A DNA stretch of 64,000 bases from Dehalococcoidia bacterium (lineage in GTDB: Bacteria; Chloroflexota; Dehalococcoidia; UBA2979). The DNA lies in contig JALOAL010000001.1 in the NCBI GenBank assembly GCA_023228825.1, positions 188,816-252,815 of the forward strand, written 5' to 3'. Below the pieces are notes generated by a model. That model was not told the DNA's origin. It saw only the letters and a program-made list of their open reading frames with translations, and searched no databases. Below, one piece after another: positions 47,538 through 57,654 of the stretch; positions within the stretch are counted from its first letter, which is position 1; each line of letters begins with the position of its first letter. Position numbers and translations under genes: made by a program.

Positions 47538-47825
47538 TTAGTCCTCGTGGTCGGCGCGCTTCTCGGCGGCCCGGTCGCGGCGTTGCTGGCGCTCGAGGGC
47601 CTGGCGTCGGCGCTGCTCGAAGGCGTCGCGCGCCCATGAGCGCCACCACCACACGAGCGAGACCGCGATGCCGATGAACATGAGGAGGTCCACGGCGTCC
47701 AGCGCGCCGGGGCCGAAGTTGTCGGAGGCCACGCGCCCCGCGAACAGTCCGAGGACGAACAGGAAGAAGTAGCGCATCCGGGACGGACGCCCGGCGGGCT
47801 GATCAGCGGGGCGCTGCTTGCTCAC
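47538..47825 (-). CDS. Small membrane protein, unknown function
   Basis: It is 95 aa with two hydrophobic segments and an Arg-rich C-terminus. Confidence 0.35.
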   Translation of the reverse strand: MSKQRPADQPAGRPSRMRYFFLFVLGLFAGRVASDNFGPGALDAVDLLMFIGIAVSLVWWWRSWARDAFEQRRRQALERQQRRDRAAEKRADHED

Positions 47826-47828
47826 GGG

Positions 47829-48206
47829 CTAATCGTCCTCGACGCGGCGGAAGGGGCGGCGCTCGGACGGGGCGGGGGGCGAGGGTGGCGGGAGCGGGAG
47901 TTCGTCGCCGAAGAGGGTACGGACCATGGACTCCGCGCGGGCTCGGCCCGGCCCCACGGCGGCCTCCGCCGTGCGACGCTCCGCCTCGATGCAGTCGCCG
48001 CAGTGCGTCTCCACGCCCAGCGACTCACCCAGGACGGCGTCCCCGCAGTCCTTGCCGGCCATCCCGGAGTCCGCGTTGTACGGGCTGAGGTGGAAGTAGC
48101 GTCCGCAAGAGAAGCACTCAGAGAGCCAGAGGGAGGCCTCCGCCACTTCGCCGCAGACGGCGCACGTCAGGTCGTCCTGGGCCGGTGTACCCGCCATCAG
48201 TCCCAC
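47829..48206 (-). CDS. Cys-rich zinc-ribbon protein, unknown function
   Basis: It has CxxC…CxxC…CxxC motifs (CAVCGE…CFSCGRY…CGDC). Confidence 0.4.
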   Translation of the reverse strand: MGLMAGTPAQDDLTCAVCGEVAEASLWLSECFSCGRYFHLSPYNADSGMAGKDCGDAVLGESLGVETHCGDCIEAERRTAEAAVGPGRARAESMVRTLFGDELPLPPPSPPAPSERRPFRRVEDD

Positions 48207-49474
48207 CCCTCCGCATCCGCGAGGCCGGCCTCGCGCTGCATGCGGCGGCGGATCGCCGCGCGCGCGTTGCGCCGGACATCCGCGCCGCTGCCCAGCGTGC
48301 CGAGGTAACGCGCTCGGCGCAAGCCTGCGAGCGCCTGGCCCACTGCGGGGCCCCTCGGAACCCCCAGGGCCAGCAGTTGCTCGGCCGTGAGCGGCGGCCG
48401 CGTGCGCTCCCAGCGCCGCAGTTCACGCTGCAGCGGCGCCTGCTCCTCCGGGGCGAGCCACGCCGCCGCCGTCCGCGCCTTCGCGTGCACGCCCTCCAGG
48501 CCCGCGAGGCGCGCGGGGTCGATGCCGTCGGCGGAGAGGCGGCCCGCCTCCAGCAGTCGGGCGGCGTCCGCCACGGCCTGCCGCGCCTCTCGCGGCGCGC
48601 TTAGCCGCAGGAGGATCGCCTCGCGTGCTGCCTGCGGCAGCGGGGCGAGGAGCACGGCCGCGAGACGTGCGGCCGGCATGGGGCCGCGCCGCCGGAGCGC
48701 GGCGCGCGAGGCCGTCGGGAGCGTCCATTGCGGATGGGCGCCGCGGAGCGTGCCCCACTCGTCCAGCAGGTCCACCGCCCGGCCCGAGCGCCGGCGACGG
48801 GCGGTGTTGGCGAACTCGGCCCACAGGCGCTCGCCGGAGATGGGCTCCAGCCAGCGCGCACCCGCTTCGATCAGGCGGAGGGTGGTGGCGTCTGGCGCCA
48901 GGCGGAAGAGGGCGGCGGTGCGCGCGCCGCGCCACAGGCGGGTGGCGTCGTCCTCGAACGAGCGCTCGTGCAGGACGCGGAGCGTGCGCGACTCGAGGTC
49001 GGCGAGGCCGCCGTGCGGATCCACCAGCCGCCCGCGGTCGGCCCCCACCAGGCCGAAGGCCATGGCGTTCACGGTGAAGTCGCGGCGGTGGAGGTCCGCC
49101 TCCAGGCTGTCGGTGGGGCGCACGACGGGCAGTGCACCGGGCGCGACATAATCCTCGGCGCGGAGGTGCGCGAGGTCCAGCCGGGCGCCGTCGATGCTCA
49201 CGCTCGCGGTGCCGAAGCGCGCCTCGTGCTTCACGAGCGCCGGATCCGCCTGCGTGCGCCGGGCGACCTCCGTCACGAGCGCATCCAGCGATCCCCGCAC
49301 CGCCAGGTCCAGGTCATTCACGGGCGTCCCGAGGGCGAGGTCGCGCACGACGCCGCCGACGGCCCAGAGGTCGCACTGCGTGGCGCGGGCGGCGGCCTCG
49401 GAGGCGCGCAGGAGGCGGCCCAGATTGGGGGGCAGGCGGGCATTCAGCGCAGACATCGTGAGGCGCGTAAGCAT
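48197..49474 (-). CDS. cca: CCA-adding enzyme / tRNA nucleotidyltransferase (poly(A) polymerase head domain family)
   Basis: The motifs GGVVRDLALGTPVNDLDLAV and RRDFTVNAMA are present. The start is at MLTRLTMSALN. The tracked 49783 start is an overextension. Confidence 0.8.
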   Translation of the reverse strand: MLTRLTMSALNARLPPNLGRLLRASEAAARATQCDLWAVGGVVRDLALGTPVNDLDLAVRGSLDALVTEVARRTQADPALVKHEARFGTASVSIDGARLDLAHLRAEDYVAPGALPVVRPTDSLEADLHRRDFTVNAMAFGLVGADRGRLVDPHGGLADLESRTLRVLHERSFEDDATRLWRGARTAALFRLAPDATTLRLIEAGARWLEPISGERLWAEFANTARRRRSGRAVDLLDEWGTLRGAHPQWTLPTASRAALRRRGPMPAARLAAVLLAPLPQAAREAILLRLSAPREARQAVADAARLLEAGRLSADGIDPARLAGLEGVHAKARTAAAWLAPEEQAPLQRELRRWERTRPPLTAEQLLALGVPRGPAVGQALAGLRRARYLGTLGSGADVRRNARAAIRRRMQREAGLADAEGWD

Positions 49475-49485
49475 TTGAGCGTTTC

Positions 49486-49520
49486 TTGACACTGGGAAGT
49501 GTGGGTTCCTACGATGCCCT
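49486..49520 (+). promoter_or_regulatory. Sigma-70-like promoter upstream of rnc (-35 TTGACA, 18-nt spacer, -10 TACGAT)
   Basis: The elements are read directly in the cca/rnc divergent region. Confidence 0.45.
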
Positions 49521-49638
49521 GACCAGCGGCGTTCTCTCTCCCCGACCCGCCGCTGTGGCTCATGCAGCACACATCGTACGCCGCGGGTGGGGCGGGTACG
49601 CTGAGATTGGGTCGGGCTTGCACACCTTGGCGCCCTAT

Positions 49639-50454
49639 ATGCACCCCACCGACACGCCCCCCGACGACGGGGACTCTCACACCACGGGCACCCCTGGCAC
49701 TCCCGGCAACACGGCTGGCGCCGACGGTGCGCCGCTACCCGGGGGCAGCGTGGACGACCTCCAGCGCCTGCTGGGCGTGCCATTCCAGTCCGTCGACCTG
49801 TTGGTGGCGGCCCTCACCCATCCGTCCTTCGCCAATGAACACCCCGAGGACCCCGCGCCGACGAACGAGCGGCTGGAGTTCCTGGGGGACGCGGTGCTGG
49901 GCGCGATCGTGGCGGAGTCGCTCTACACGCGCTTCCCGCACGTGCAGGAGGGGCGCCTGACGGAGTGGCGCTCCGCGCTGGTCTGCGGCCCCACGCTCTC
50001 GCGCGTGGCCACGGACGTGGTCGACCTCGGGCCGTGGCTACGCCTCGGACGAGGCGAGGAGCAGACGGGCGGGCGTGAGCGCGAGGGCAACCTGGAGCGC
50101 GCGTACGAGGCGCTGGTGGGCGCGATCTACCTGGACCGTGGCCTGGAGGCCGCGGCCGCCTTCGTGCATCGCACGCTGGGCGACGAGTTCGAGGCGCTGG
50201 CGCGCGACCCGGGGGTGCTGAACCCCAAGGGCACGTTGCAGCAACTGGCGCAGGACTCGCTGGGCCGGCCGGACTACCGGCTGGTGGACCAGCAGGGGCC
50301 GGAACACGACCGACAGTTCACAGTAGAGGTCTACCTGCGGGGCGAACGCCTGGGCCAGGGCCGGGCGGGGACCAAGCAGGAAGCGGAGAAGGAGGCGGCG
50401 CGTCAGGCGCTGCCCAGGGTGCGCGCCATGCTCGAGTCAGGAGACTCGGCGTGA
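49639..50454 (+). CDS. rnc: Ribonuclease III with a low-complexity N-terminal extension
   Basis: The signature ERLEFLGDAVL and a dsRBD C-terminus are present. The start is at MHPTD and is uncertain. The tracked ORF begins upstream of the promoter. Confidence 0.8.
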   Translation: MHPTDTPPDDGDSHTTGTPGTPGNTAGADGAPLPGGSVDDLQRLLGVPFQSVDLLVAALTHPSFANEHPEDPAPTNERLEFLGDAVLGAIVAESLYTRFPHVQEGRLTEWRSALVCGPTLSRVATDVVDLGPWLRLGRGEEQTGGREREGNLERAYEALVGAIYLDRGLEAAAAFVHRTLGDEFEALARDPGVLNPKGTLQQLAQDSLGRPDYRLVDQQGPEHDRQFTVEVYLRGERLGQGRAGTKQEAEKEAARQALPRVRAMLESGDSA

Positions 50455-50536
50455 CGCCCTTGCACGGATCGGACAACCGGAGGCGGGGGAACACGGGACA
50501 GCCGGTGGCACGGCGGTCCCCGGAAGTGGATCCTAG

Positions 50537-53500
50537 GTGTACCTCAGACGGCTAGAAGTCCACGGTTTCAAGGCCTTCGCGGACCGGCAACGGTTCGAGT
50601 TCGGCCCGGGGATGACCGTGATCGCGGGGCCCAACGGCTCCGGGAAGTCAAACGTGGCGGACGCGATCCGCTGGGCGCTGGGCGAGCAGTCCGCGCGCCA
50701 GATCCGCGCCCGCAAGACAGAGGACGTCATCTTCTCCGGCTCGGAGAAGCGACGCCAGATGGGCATGGCGGAAGTCACGCTCATCCTCGACAACTCGGAG
50801 GGCTGGATGCCCATCGAGTTCTCGGAGGTCTCCGTGACGCGCCGGGCGCACCGCTCCGGCGAGAACGAGTACCTGATCAACGGACAGCAGGTGCGCCTGA
50901 CGGACGTGGTGGACTTGTTCCGCCGCGCCCAGGTGGGCCAGAACTCCTACGCCCACATGTCGCAGGGCCTAGTGGACGAGGTGCTGGCGCTGAAGCCGCA
51001 GGACCGCCGCGCCCTGATCGAGGAGGCCGCTGACCTCCGCCGCCACCGCCACCAGTTGACGCTCTCGGAGCGTCGCCTGGTGGAGACGCGCGACAACCTG
51101 GGGCACGTGCGCATGCTCATCCGCGAGGTGGAGCCGCGCATCCGCGCCCTCCAGCGCCAGTCGAAGCGCGCCGCGCGCTACAAGGAACTGGCCGCCGAAC
51201 TCTCAGATGCCCTGGAGGTCTACTTCGAGCACGAACTACGGGACTCGCAGGAGGGCCGCACGCGTGCGCAGGCGGAGCATGACCAGAAGGCGCAGGCCTT
51301 TGCCGAGGCCCGTGACGGCCTTGCGAAGATCGAGGCGCGCCTGGGCGAACTGACCAGCGTGGTCACGGAACACCGCACCGCGCTGGAGACGCTCCAGCGC
51401 AAGGAGCGTGAACTGGCGGAGGAGGGCCTGCGCCTGGAGCAGGCGGTGGCCCTGGCCCAGCAGCGCCTGGAACTGCTGGCGGAGCGCCGCGCCGAACTCG
51501 AGGCGGCGATCGCGCAGGCGGACGTGCCGGAGGACGAGAGTGGCTCGTTCGACTCCCTGCTGGCCGCGCTGGACGCCCGCGTCACGGAGGAACAGACCCG
51601 CCTGGCCCGCGAGCGGGAGGCGCTGACCTCCGCGGACGAGGCCACCCGCAGCACCCTCCGCGACCTCTCGGAGGCGGAGGCGCGGCGGGCCCGCCTGGAG
51701 GCGGAGCGCGAGGACCTCGTGCGTCGCATCGAGGAGGAGCGTGCGCGTATCGCGCGGCGCGTGGAGGAAAAGGCGGAGGCACAGGCGGCGCTGGAGGCGC
51801 TGCAGGTGGAGGCCGTCGAGCAGCGTCGCGTCCTGGAGGCGCACGCGCTGGAGGCGGAAGCCCGCACGGAGGCCGCGCGCATGACGCGCGAACGCCGCGA
51901 GTCCGCCGAGCGCCGGCTGGAGGAGGCCCAGCGCGACCTGCAGGCCTCGCAACAGGCGCTGCGCGAGGCGGAAGACCGCGTGCGGGCGCTGAAGGAACGC
52001 CAGTCGCTGATCGAGATGCTGCAGGAGTCGCTGCCCTCTGCCACCGGCGGGGCCCAGGCCCTGCTGGAAGCGAAGGACCAGCCCGTCGAGGGCGCCGCGG
52101 AAGGTGACCCGCACCCGCTCGCAGGCGTCCTCGATGCCGTCGCGCGGCTGATCCGCGTGCCGGAGGGCATGGAGACGGCGATCGAGGCGGCGCTCGCGGA
52201 GCACCTCTCCTCGATCGTGGTGGAGAAGTACGAGGACGCGGTCGCGGCGTTGCAGTACCTGCGGGAGCAGGGCGCCGGCACGGCCACCGTCTACCCGCTG
52301 GCCGACATGGAGCAGCGCTACCCGCTGAACCTGTTCAACGAGCGTGGCGTGGTGGGCATCGCGTCCCGCCTCGTGCGCTGCGAGCAGAAATACCGGCCGC
52401 TGGTGGACACGCTGCTGGGCCGCACCATCGTGGTGGAAGACCTGCGCGTGGGCGAGGCGATGATCAAGCGCGGCCTGGGCTCCGTGGTCACGCGCGATGG
52501 CGTCCTCCTGAAGCCTGGCGGCGCGCTGTACGGCGGCCGCGTGGGCGCGATGACGGAGCGCTTCTCGCTGGAGCGAGAACTCGAGGCCCTCCCGGCGCAG
52601 GTCGAGGAGGCGGAGGCCGCCCTGGCGCCGGCGCGGGCACAGGTGGAGCACCACGAGGCGATCGTGGGGGACGCACGAGATGCCGTGGCGAAGGCCCGCC
52701 GGACGGTGGACGAGGCCGAGGAGGCCCGGCGCGACCACGAGCGCGGACGCGCGGCCATCGAACGACGGCAGGCGGAGGTGGAATCGGAGACGCGTGCCGT
52801 CACCCGCCGCCTGGAGGACGACCCGGCGGACGCCGGTCGCGCCGCCGAACTGCAGGAGCGCGCGGACGCCGCCGCCGCCACCATCACGGACGTGGCGGAG
52901 CGCATCGTGGCGCTGCGCGACCGGTCGACAGCCGTCGGCACGGAGCGTGACACCGTGGCGCAGCGCGTCACGGAGGCCACGCAGGCGCTCGCGGCGGTGG
53001 AAGCGGAACGCCGCTCGCTGGTGGCTCAGCGCGAGGAGCGCATTGCCGCGCGCCAGCAGGCGCTGACGCAACTGCAGGAGCGGCGCACCTCGCTCGCGAA
53101 CATCGCCCGTGAGCAAGAGGACCTGGAACTGACGTTGCGGGACCGCCGCGAACGCCAGGCGAACCTGCGCGCGGAGCGCACGGACGTGCAGGCGCAGATC
53201 GGCCCGGCGCACGCCGCCACCGCCGAACTGACCGAGGAAGAACGAGGCCTGGCCGCCTCCCGAGGCGACGCCCAGCGCGGCCTGCTGACCGCGGAGCGGG
53301 AGATGCTGGAGACGGAGAACCGCCTCCGCCGCCAGGTGGAACGCGTGCAGGCCCTCCAGCGAGAGATCGCAGAGGAGGGGATGCAGGTGCTGGAGGACGG
53401 CGCCGTGCGCCCGCTGCCCACGGCCGCCGGCTCGGACGAGAGCGAGACGAACGTCGCGGTCGCCCTGAACGACCTCGATGTCCTCGAGGGGGACGAGGGG

Positions 53501-54223
53501 GACCCGGCAGCCTTCGCGGCGGTGGCCGTGCGGGGTGGGGCGGACGTGGACGTGGCGGCGCTGCGCGAGCGCATCACGGAACTGCGCGGGGACATCCGCG
53601 CCCTGGGCCCCGTGAACGTGGAAGCCGTGGAGGAACTCACCACCGAGCAGGAACGGTTCGACTTCCTCACCACGCAGGTCGCAGACCTGGAAGGCGCGGA
53701 AGCCGAACTGCGCGAGGCGATCCGCGACCTGAAGAAGTTGATCCGTGAGCGCTTCGTGGAGACTTTCCACGTGGTGAACGAGCGGTTCTCCACCTACTTC
53801 ACCCGCTTCTTTGGAGGCGGCCAGGCGGAGTTGCGCCTGATCGAGGCCGACCCGGATGACCCGGACTCTGAGCCCGGCGTGGACATCTTTGCCCAGCCGC
53901 CGGGCAAGCGGATCAGCAACATGGCTGTCCTCTCCGGCGGCGAACGGTCGATGACCTCGGTGGCGCTCTTGTTCGCGCTGCTGTCCGTGAACCCGGCGCC
54001 CATGGTGGTGCTGGACGAGGTGGACGCCGCGCTGGACGAGGCGAACGTGGGACGCTTCGTGGACACGCTGCTGGAACTGCGGGACCGCAGCCAGTTCGTG
54101 GTCATCTCCCACAACCGCCGCACCATTGAAGCCGGAGACGCCATCTACGGCGTCTCCATGGGCGACGACTCCACCAGCCAGGTGCTGTCACTGCGCCTGG
54201 CTGATCTGCCGAAGGCTTCCTAG
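50537..54223 (+). CDS. smc: Chromosome partition protein SMC
   Basis: The GTG start is followed by MYLRRLEVHGFKAF…GPNGSGKSN, long coiled coils, a hinge and a C-terminal LSGGE…DEVDAALD. It is 1228 aa. Confidence 0.9.
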   Translation: MYLRRLEVHGFKAFADRQRFEFGPGMTVIAGPNGSGKSNVADAIRWALGEQSARQIRARKTEDVIFSGSEKRRQMGMAEVTLILDNSEGWMPIEFSEVSVTRRAHRSGENEYLINGQQVRLTDVVDLFRRAQVGQNSYAHMSQGLVDEVLALKPQDRRALIEEAADLRRHRHQLTLSERRLVETRDNLGHVRMLIREVEPRIRALQRQSKRAARYKELAAELSDALEVYFEHELRDSQEGRTRAQAEHDQKAQAFAEARDGLAKIEARLGELTSVVTEHRTALETLQRKERELAEEGLRLEQAVALAQQRLELLAERRAELEAAIAQADVPEDESGSFDSLLAALDARVTEEQTRLAREREALTSADEATRSTLRDLSEAEARRARLEAEREDLVRRIEEERARIARRVEEKAEAQAALEALQVEAVEQRRVLEAHALEAEARTEAARMTRERRESAERRLEEAQRDLQASQQALREAEDRVRALKERQSLIEMLQESLPSATGGAQALLEAKDQPVEGAAEGDPHPLAGVLDAVARLIRVPEGMETAIEAALAEHLSSIVVEKYEDAVAALQYLREQGAGTATVYPLADMEQRYPLNLFNERGVVGIASRLVRCEQKYRPLVDTLLGRTIVVEDLRVGEAMIKRGLGSVVTRDGVLLKPGGALYGGRVGAMTERFSLERELEALPAQVEEAEAALAPARAQVEHHEAIVGDARDAVAKARRTVDEAEEARRDHERGRAAIERRQAEVESETRAVTRRLEDDPADAGRAAELQERADAAAATITDVAERIVALRDRSTAVGTERDTVAQRVTEATQALAAVEAERRSLVAQREERIAARQQALTQLQERRTSLANIAREQEDLELTLRDRRERQANLRAERTDVQAQIGPAHAATAELTEEERGLAASRGDAQRGLLTAEREMLETENRLRRQVERVQALQREIAEEGMQVLEDGAVRPLPTAAGSDESETNVAVALNDLDVLEGDEGDPAAFAAVAVRGGADVDVAALRERITELRGDIRALGPVNVEAVEELTTEQERFDFLTTQVADLEGAEAELREAIRDLKKLIRERFVETFHVVNERFSTYFTRFFGGGQAELRLIEADPDDPDSEPGVDIFAQPPGKRISNMAVLSGGERSMTSVALLFALLSVNPAPMVVLDEVDAALDEANVGRFVDTLLELRDRSQFVVISHNRRTIEAGDAIYGVSMGDDSTSQVLSLRLADLPKAS

Positions 54224-54251
54224 CGGGGCAGACGGCGCACGAGCGACTGAC

Positions 54252-54287
54252 GGGCGGTGGCTCCGGTAGGATCGGGAGCACCGCCCG
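54252..54287 (+). terminator. Probable terminator after smc
   Basis: The hairpin GGGCGGTGGCTCC…GGAGCACCGCCC is followed by GTTTCGGTT. Confidence 0.5.
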
Positions 54288-54332
54288 TTTCGGTTGAGCA
54301 ATGAGCAGCCCGTTCGGTTGAGCGATGAGCAG
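54285..54332. repeat. 24-bp tandem direct duplication of the ftsY start region (ccgtttcggttgagcaATGagcag / cccgttcggttgagcgATGagcag)
   Basis: The duplication is read directly. The first copy has an in-frame ATG (54301) opening a 6-codon mini-ORF (MSSPFG*). Confidence 0.75.
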
Positions 54333-55314
54333 GAGGCACGCGTTGGGGCTCTTCAGCCGTGGCCGCGACAAGCAGGCCGAGCAGGCCGCCACAGACGCCG
54401 CGCTGGAGAAGACCCGTCGGTCCTTCCTGGGCCGCATCACGGAGGTCTTCGCCGCGGACGTCACGGAGGAGACGTGGGAGACGCTGGAGGAGGTGCTGAT
54501 CAGCGCCGACACCGGCGTGCAGACCACGCTCGACCTGGTGGAGCGCGTACGCGCGAAGAACCTGCGCAAGGCGGACGACGTGCGCGCAGCGATCGCGTCG
54601 GAACTGACGGCGATCCTGGAGGCCGCAGACGCGCCCCGGGGCCGCCTGTGGGGACTGCCGGAGGACGCGCCGCTTCCTGAGCGACCGTGGATCGTCCTGG
54701 TGGTGGGCGTGAACGGCACCGGCAAGACCACGGCCATCGGCAGGCTGGCGCACGCCTACATCCAGGAGGGCTACCAGGTGATGGCCGCCGCCGGGGACAC
54801 CTTCCGCGCCGCCGCCATCGAGCAGATCCAGGGCTGGGGCCGCAGCGTGGGCTTCGACGTGATTGCGCAGGGCCAGGGCGCGGATCCGGCCGCGGTGGCC
54901 TTCGACGCGATCAGCGCGGCGCAGTCGCGCGGGGCGGACGTGGTGCTGATCGATACGGCCGGGCGCCTGCAGAACAAGCAGAACCTGATGGCCGAACTGT
55001 CCAAGGTGCGTCGCGTGATCGAGCGTCACGTGCCGCGCGGCCCGGACGAGGTGCTGCTGGTGCTGGACGCCACCACCGGCCAGAACGGCCTCTCCCAGGC
55101 GCGGGCCTTCGCGGAGGCGGTGGACGTGACCAGCGTGATGCTCACGAAACTGGACGGCACCGGCAAGGGCGGCATTGTCTTCGCGATCGCGCAGGAGTTT
55201 GGACTGCCCGTGCGCTTCGTGGGCATCGGGCAGCGCGAGGACGACCTGGCGGAGTTCGATCCGCGCTCGTTCGTGGCCTCGTTGCTCGGCGAGCCCGCGG
55301 CGCGCGACCGCTAG
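54325..55314 (+). CDS. ftsY: Signal recognition particle receptor FtsY
   Basis: The SRP-GTPase NG domain motifs VVGVNGTGKTT, DTAGR and TKLDG are present. The smc–ftsY adjacency is conserved. Confidence 0.9.
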   Translation: MSRRHALGLFSRGRDKQAEQAATDAALEKTRRSFLGRITEVFAADVTEETWETLEEVLISADTGVQTTLDLVERVRAKNLRKADDVRAAIASELTAILEAADAPRGRLWGLPEDAPLPERPWIVLVVGVNGTGKTTAIGRLAHAYIQEGYQVMAAAGDTFRAAAIEQIQGWGRSVGFDVIAQGQGADPAAVAFDAISAAQSRGADVVLIDTAGRLQNKQNLMAELSKVRRVIERHVPRGPDEVLLVLDATTGQNGLSQARAFAEAVDVTSVMLTKLDGTGKGGIVFAIAQEFGLPVRFVGIGQREDDLAEFDPRSFVASLLGEPAARDR

Positions 55315-55326
55315 GCCGGGCGGCGC

Positions 55327-57654
55327 ATGGCGGAGAGCGCGTCCTGGTACCTGTCGCTCCTCGCCGTGGGTGTCGCCGGGCTCCTCCCTGCGGCGCTCCT
55401 CTTTGACCGCCTCCCGTCCCGAGGCGTCTTCCTCGCCCGCCCCCTGGCGATGGCGCTCATGGCGCTCGTCACCTGGCTGGCGGTCCACCTCACCCCGCTC
55501 GTGTACGGCACCCCCGTGGTGCTGGCGTCGCTCGCCCTGCTGGCGGGCGCCTCGGCGTGGATCGGGTGGCGCCGGCCCGCGCTGGTGGGGGACGTGCGCG
55601 CGCGCTGGAGGAGCATCGCGCTCGGGGAGGCAGTGTTCCTCGTGCTGTTCGTGGGCATCGCCTTGCTGCGGTCGCAGACACCCGCCGCGATAAACACCGA
55701 GAAGCCGGCGGACTACATGTTCCTGGCGGCCGTGCACGGCTCCGAGACCCTGCCGCCGGTGGACCCGTGGCTGAGCGGCTACCGCCTGTCCTACTACCAC
55801 CTGGGGCCGGTGCAGATGGACGGCCTCGCCCGCCTCTCCGGCAACCCCACGGAGGTCGCCTTCAACCTCGCCACCGCCACGGCCGGCGCCGCCGCCGGGG
55901 TCGCCGCGCTCGGCCTCGTGCTGGACGGCCTCGCCCTCGCGGGCGTCGAGGGGCGGCGGCGACGGGGCCCGCTCGCGGGGGGCGCGGCGGCGCTCGCGGG
56001 GTTGCTGCTCGCGAGCACGCTCGTGGGGCTGGTGCAGGTGCTGGCGGCCAACGGCCTGGGCGGCGAGGGCGCCTGGGGCTGGCTCGCCATCGAGGGCGTC
56101 CCCGTGCCGCCGGAGACGGAGGGCATTGTGCCTTCCACCTTCTGGTGGTGGTGGTCCACCACCCGCGTGGTCCCCGAGGTGATCGCGGAGTACCCGGCCT
56201 TCACGCTGCTGCTGGGCGATCCGCACGCGCACCTGATCGCGCTGCCCCTTGGCCTGGCGGCGCTCGCGCTGGCGTTGCAGGTGTCCCAGGGCGGCGAGCC
56301 GCTGACGTGGCGCCGCTGGCTGCGCGAGCCGGAGCGCTGGGCGCTCACGTCTGGACTGTTCGCCGCGCTGATGCTGACGAACTCCTGGGACGTGGTCTCC
56401 TTCGGCGTGGTCTGGGCGGTCGCGGCGTGGTGGGCGGTGGCGCGCACGGGCTGGCCGGTACACCTCGCAGCCGTGGTCGCCGCGAGGTGGGCGCTGGCGC
56501 CGGCGGCTCTGGGGCTCCTGCTGGCCTGGCCCTTCATGCGCACGCTGGACCCGGCCCCGCTCGGCCTCGCGCCCACGGTCGGAGTTGCCTCCGACCCGCG
56601 CTGGCTCCTGGTCTGGCTGCCGCCGCTGGCGCCCGCGCTGCTGGCAGCGGCGCTGCTGCGGCCGCTGGCCACGCGTCGAGGCCTCGCGGTAGGCCTCGGG
56701 GTCGCGGCGTTGCCGGTGCTGCTCTGGGCGGCGTGGCTCCTCACGCGCGGCGAGGGTGGGGAGGTGCTCGCGCGCTCGTGGGGATGGATCGTGCTCGCGG
56801 GCCTCGTGGCAGGCGTCGCGTGGGCAGGGGCGGCAAGCGCGGCGGCGTGGGGGCGGGACCGGGCGCTCGCGGCCGGCCTCTGGCTGCTGGCGGCGGGCCT
56901 GGCCGTGCTGCTGACGACCGAGTTGGTGCACATCGACGACGCCTTTCCCGGGCGCTGGAACACCGCGTTTAAGTTGTGGTTCCAGTCCTGGGCGATCCTC
57001 TCGGTGGCGGGCGCCATCCTGCTGGGGCGCGCGGCGGAGACGCACACGGGGAGGCTGCGGTGGCCGCGCGGGAACCCGCTGCGACGTGGCGGCGTCATGG
57101 CTGGGGTGGGCCTCGCGACCCTCGTGGTCGCGCTGTGGGTGGTGACCATGAGCACGCCGGCGTTCATGGCGGTGAGCCGTGCGCGGGAGGGGCAGGAGCG
57201 CGCCTTGAGCGGGATCGCCTACCTTCAGCAGGCTGACCCTGCGCTGGGCGCCGCGGTCGAGTGGACGCGGACACACCTGGACCCCGAGGAGCATGTGCTG
57301 GTGCAGTGGATCGGCGAGGCGTACTCCCCTGGCAACCGGCTGGCCTCTTATACCGCCGTCCCCACGCTGCTGGGGTGGCCGGGACACGAGCGTCAGTGGA
57401 GGGGCGACTTCCGCGAGGCGGCTCGACGCGACGCCGTGGAGCGCATCTACGCCGGGGCGCCCCTGGAGATGCGCGCGGCGCTGGACGAGTGGGACGTGAC
57501 GCACGTCTACGTGGGGCGCGAGGAGCGCAGCGCGTACGGCCGGGACGTGGACCTGCGCTTCGCCTCGCTGCCCGTGGTGTTCGCTGCGGAGGGCGCGACG
57601 ATCTACCTGGCGCCCGCCGGGGCGCCCGACCAGTCGCCGGAGGCCCGCCCGTGA
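55327..57654 (+). CDS. Large polytopic membrane protein, Chlor_Arch YYY / DUF2298 family (TIGR03662-like)
   Basis: The motifs EKPADYMFL and SYYHLG are present. It is 775 aa with many TM helices. Confidence 0.6.
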   Translation: MAESASWYLSLLAVGVAGLLPAALLFDRLPSRGVFLARPLAMALMALVTWLAVHLTPLVYGTPVVLASLALLAGASAWIGWRRPALVGDVRARWRSIALGEAVFLVLFVGIALLRSQTPAAINTEKPADYMFLAAVHGSETLPPVDPWLSGYRLSYYHLGPVQMDGLARLSGNPTEVAFNLATATAGAAAGVAALGLVLDGLALAGVEGRRRRGPLAGGAAALAGLLLASTLVGLVQVLAANGLGGEGAWGWLAIEGVPVPPETEGIVPSTFWWWWSTTRVVPEVIAEYPAFTLLLGDPHAHLIALPLGLAALALALQVSQGGEPLTWRRWLREPERWALTSGLFAALMLTNSWDVVSFGVVWAVAAWWAVARTGWPVHLAAVVAARWALAPAALGLLLAWPFMRTLDPAPLGLAPTVGVASDPRWLLVWLPPLAPALLAAALLRPLATRRGLAVGLGVAALPVLLWAAWLLTRGEGGEVLARSWGWIVLAGLVAGVAWAGAASAAAWGRDRALAAGLWLLAAGLAVLLTTELVHIDDAFPGRWNTAFKLWFQSWAILSVAGAILLGRAAETHTGRLRWPRGNPLRRGGVMAGVGLATLVVALWVVTMSTPAFMAVSRAREGQERALSGIAYLQQADPALGAAVEWTRTHLDPEEHVLVQWIGEAYSPGNRLASYTAVPTLLGWPGHERQWRGDFREAARRDAVERIYAGAPLEMRAALDEWDVTHVYVGREERSAYGRDVDLRFASLPVVFAAEGATIYLAPAGAPDQSPEARP

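Noticed and set aside
51236-57504. Very long minus-strand ORFs antisense to smc, ftsY and the DUF2298 gene (51236..54112, 54220..57504)
   Set aside because: These are high-GC antisense artefacts with low-complexity R/A/G-rich products. The plus-strand genes are canonical.
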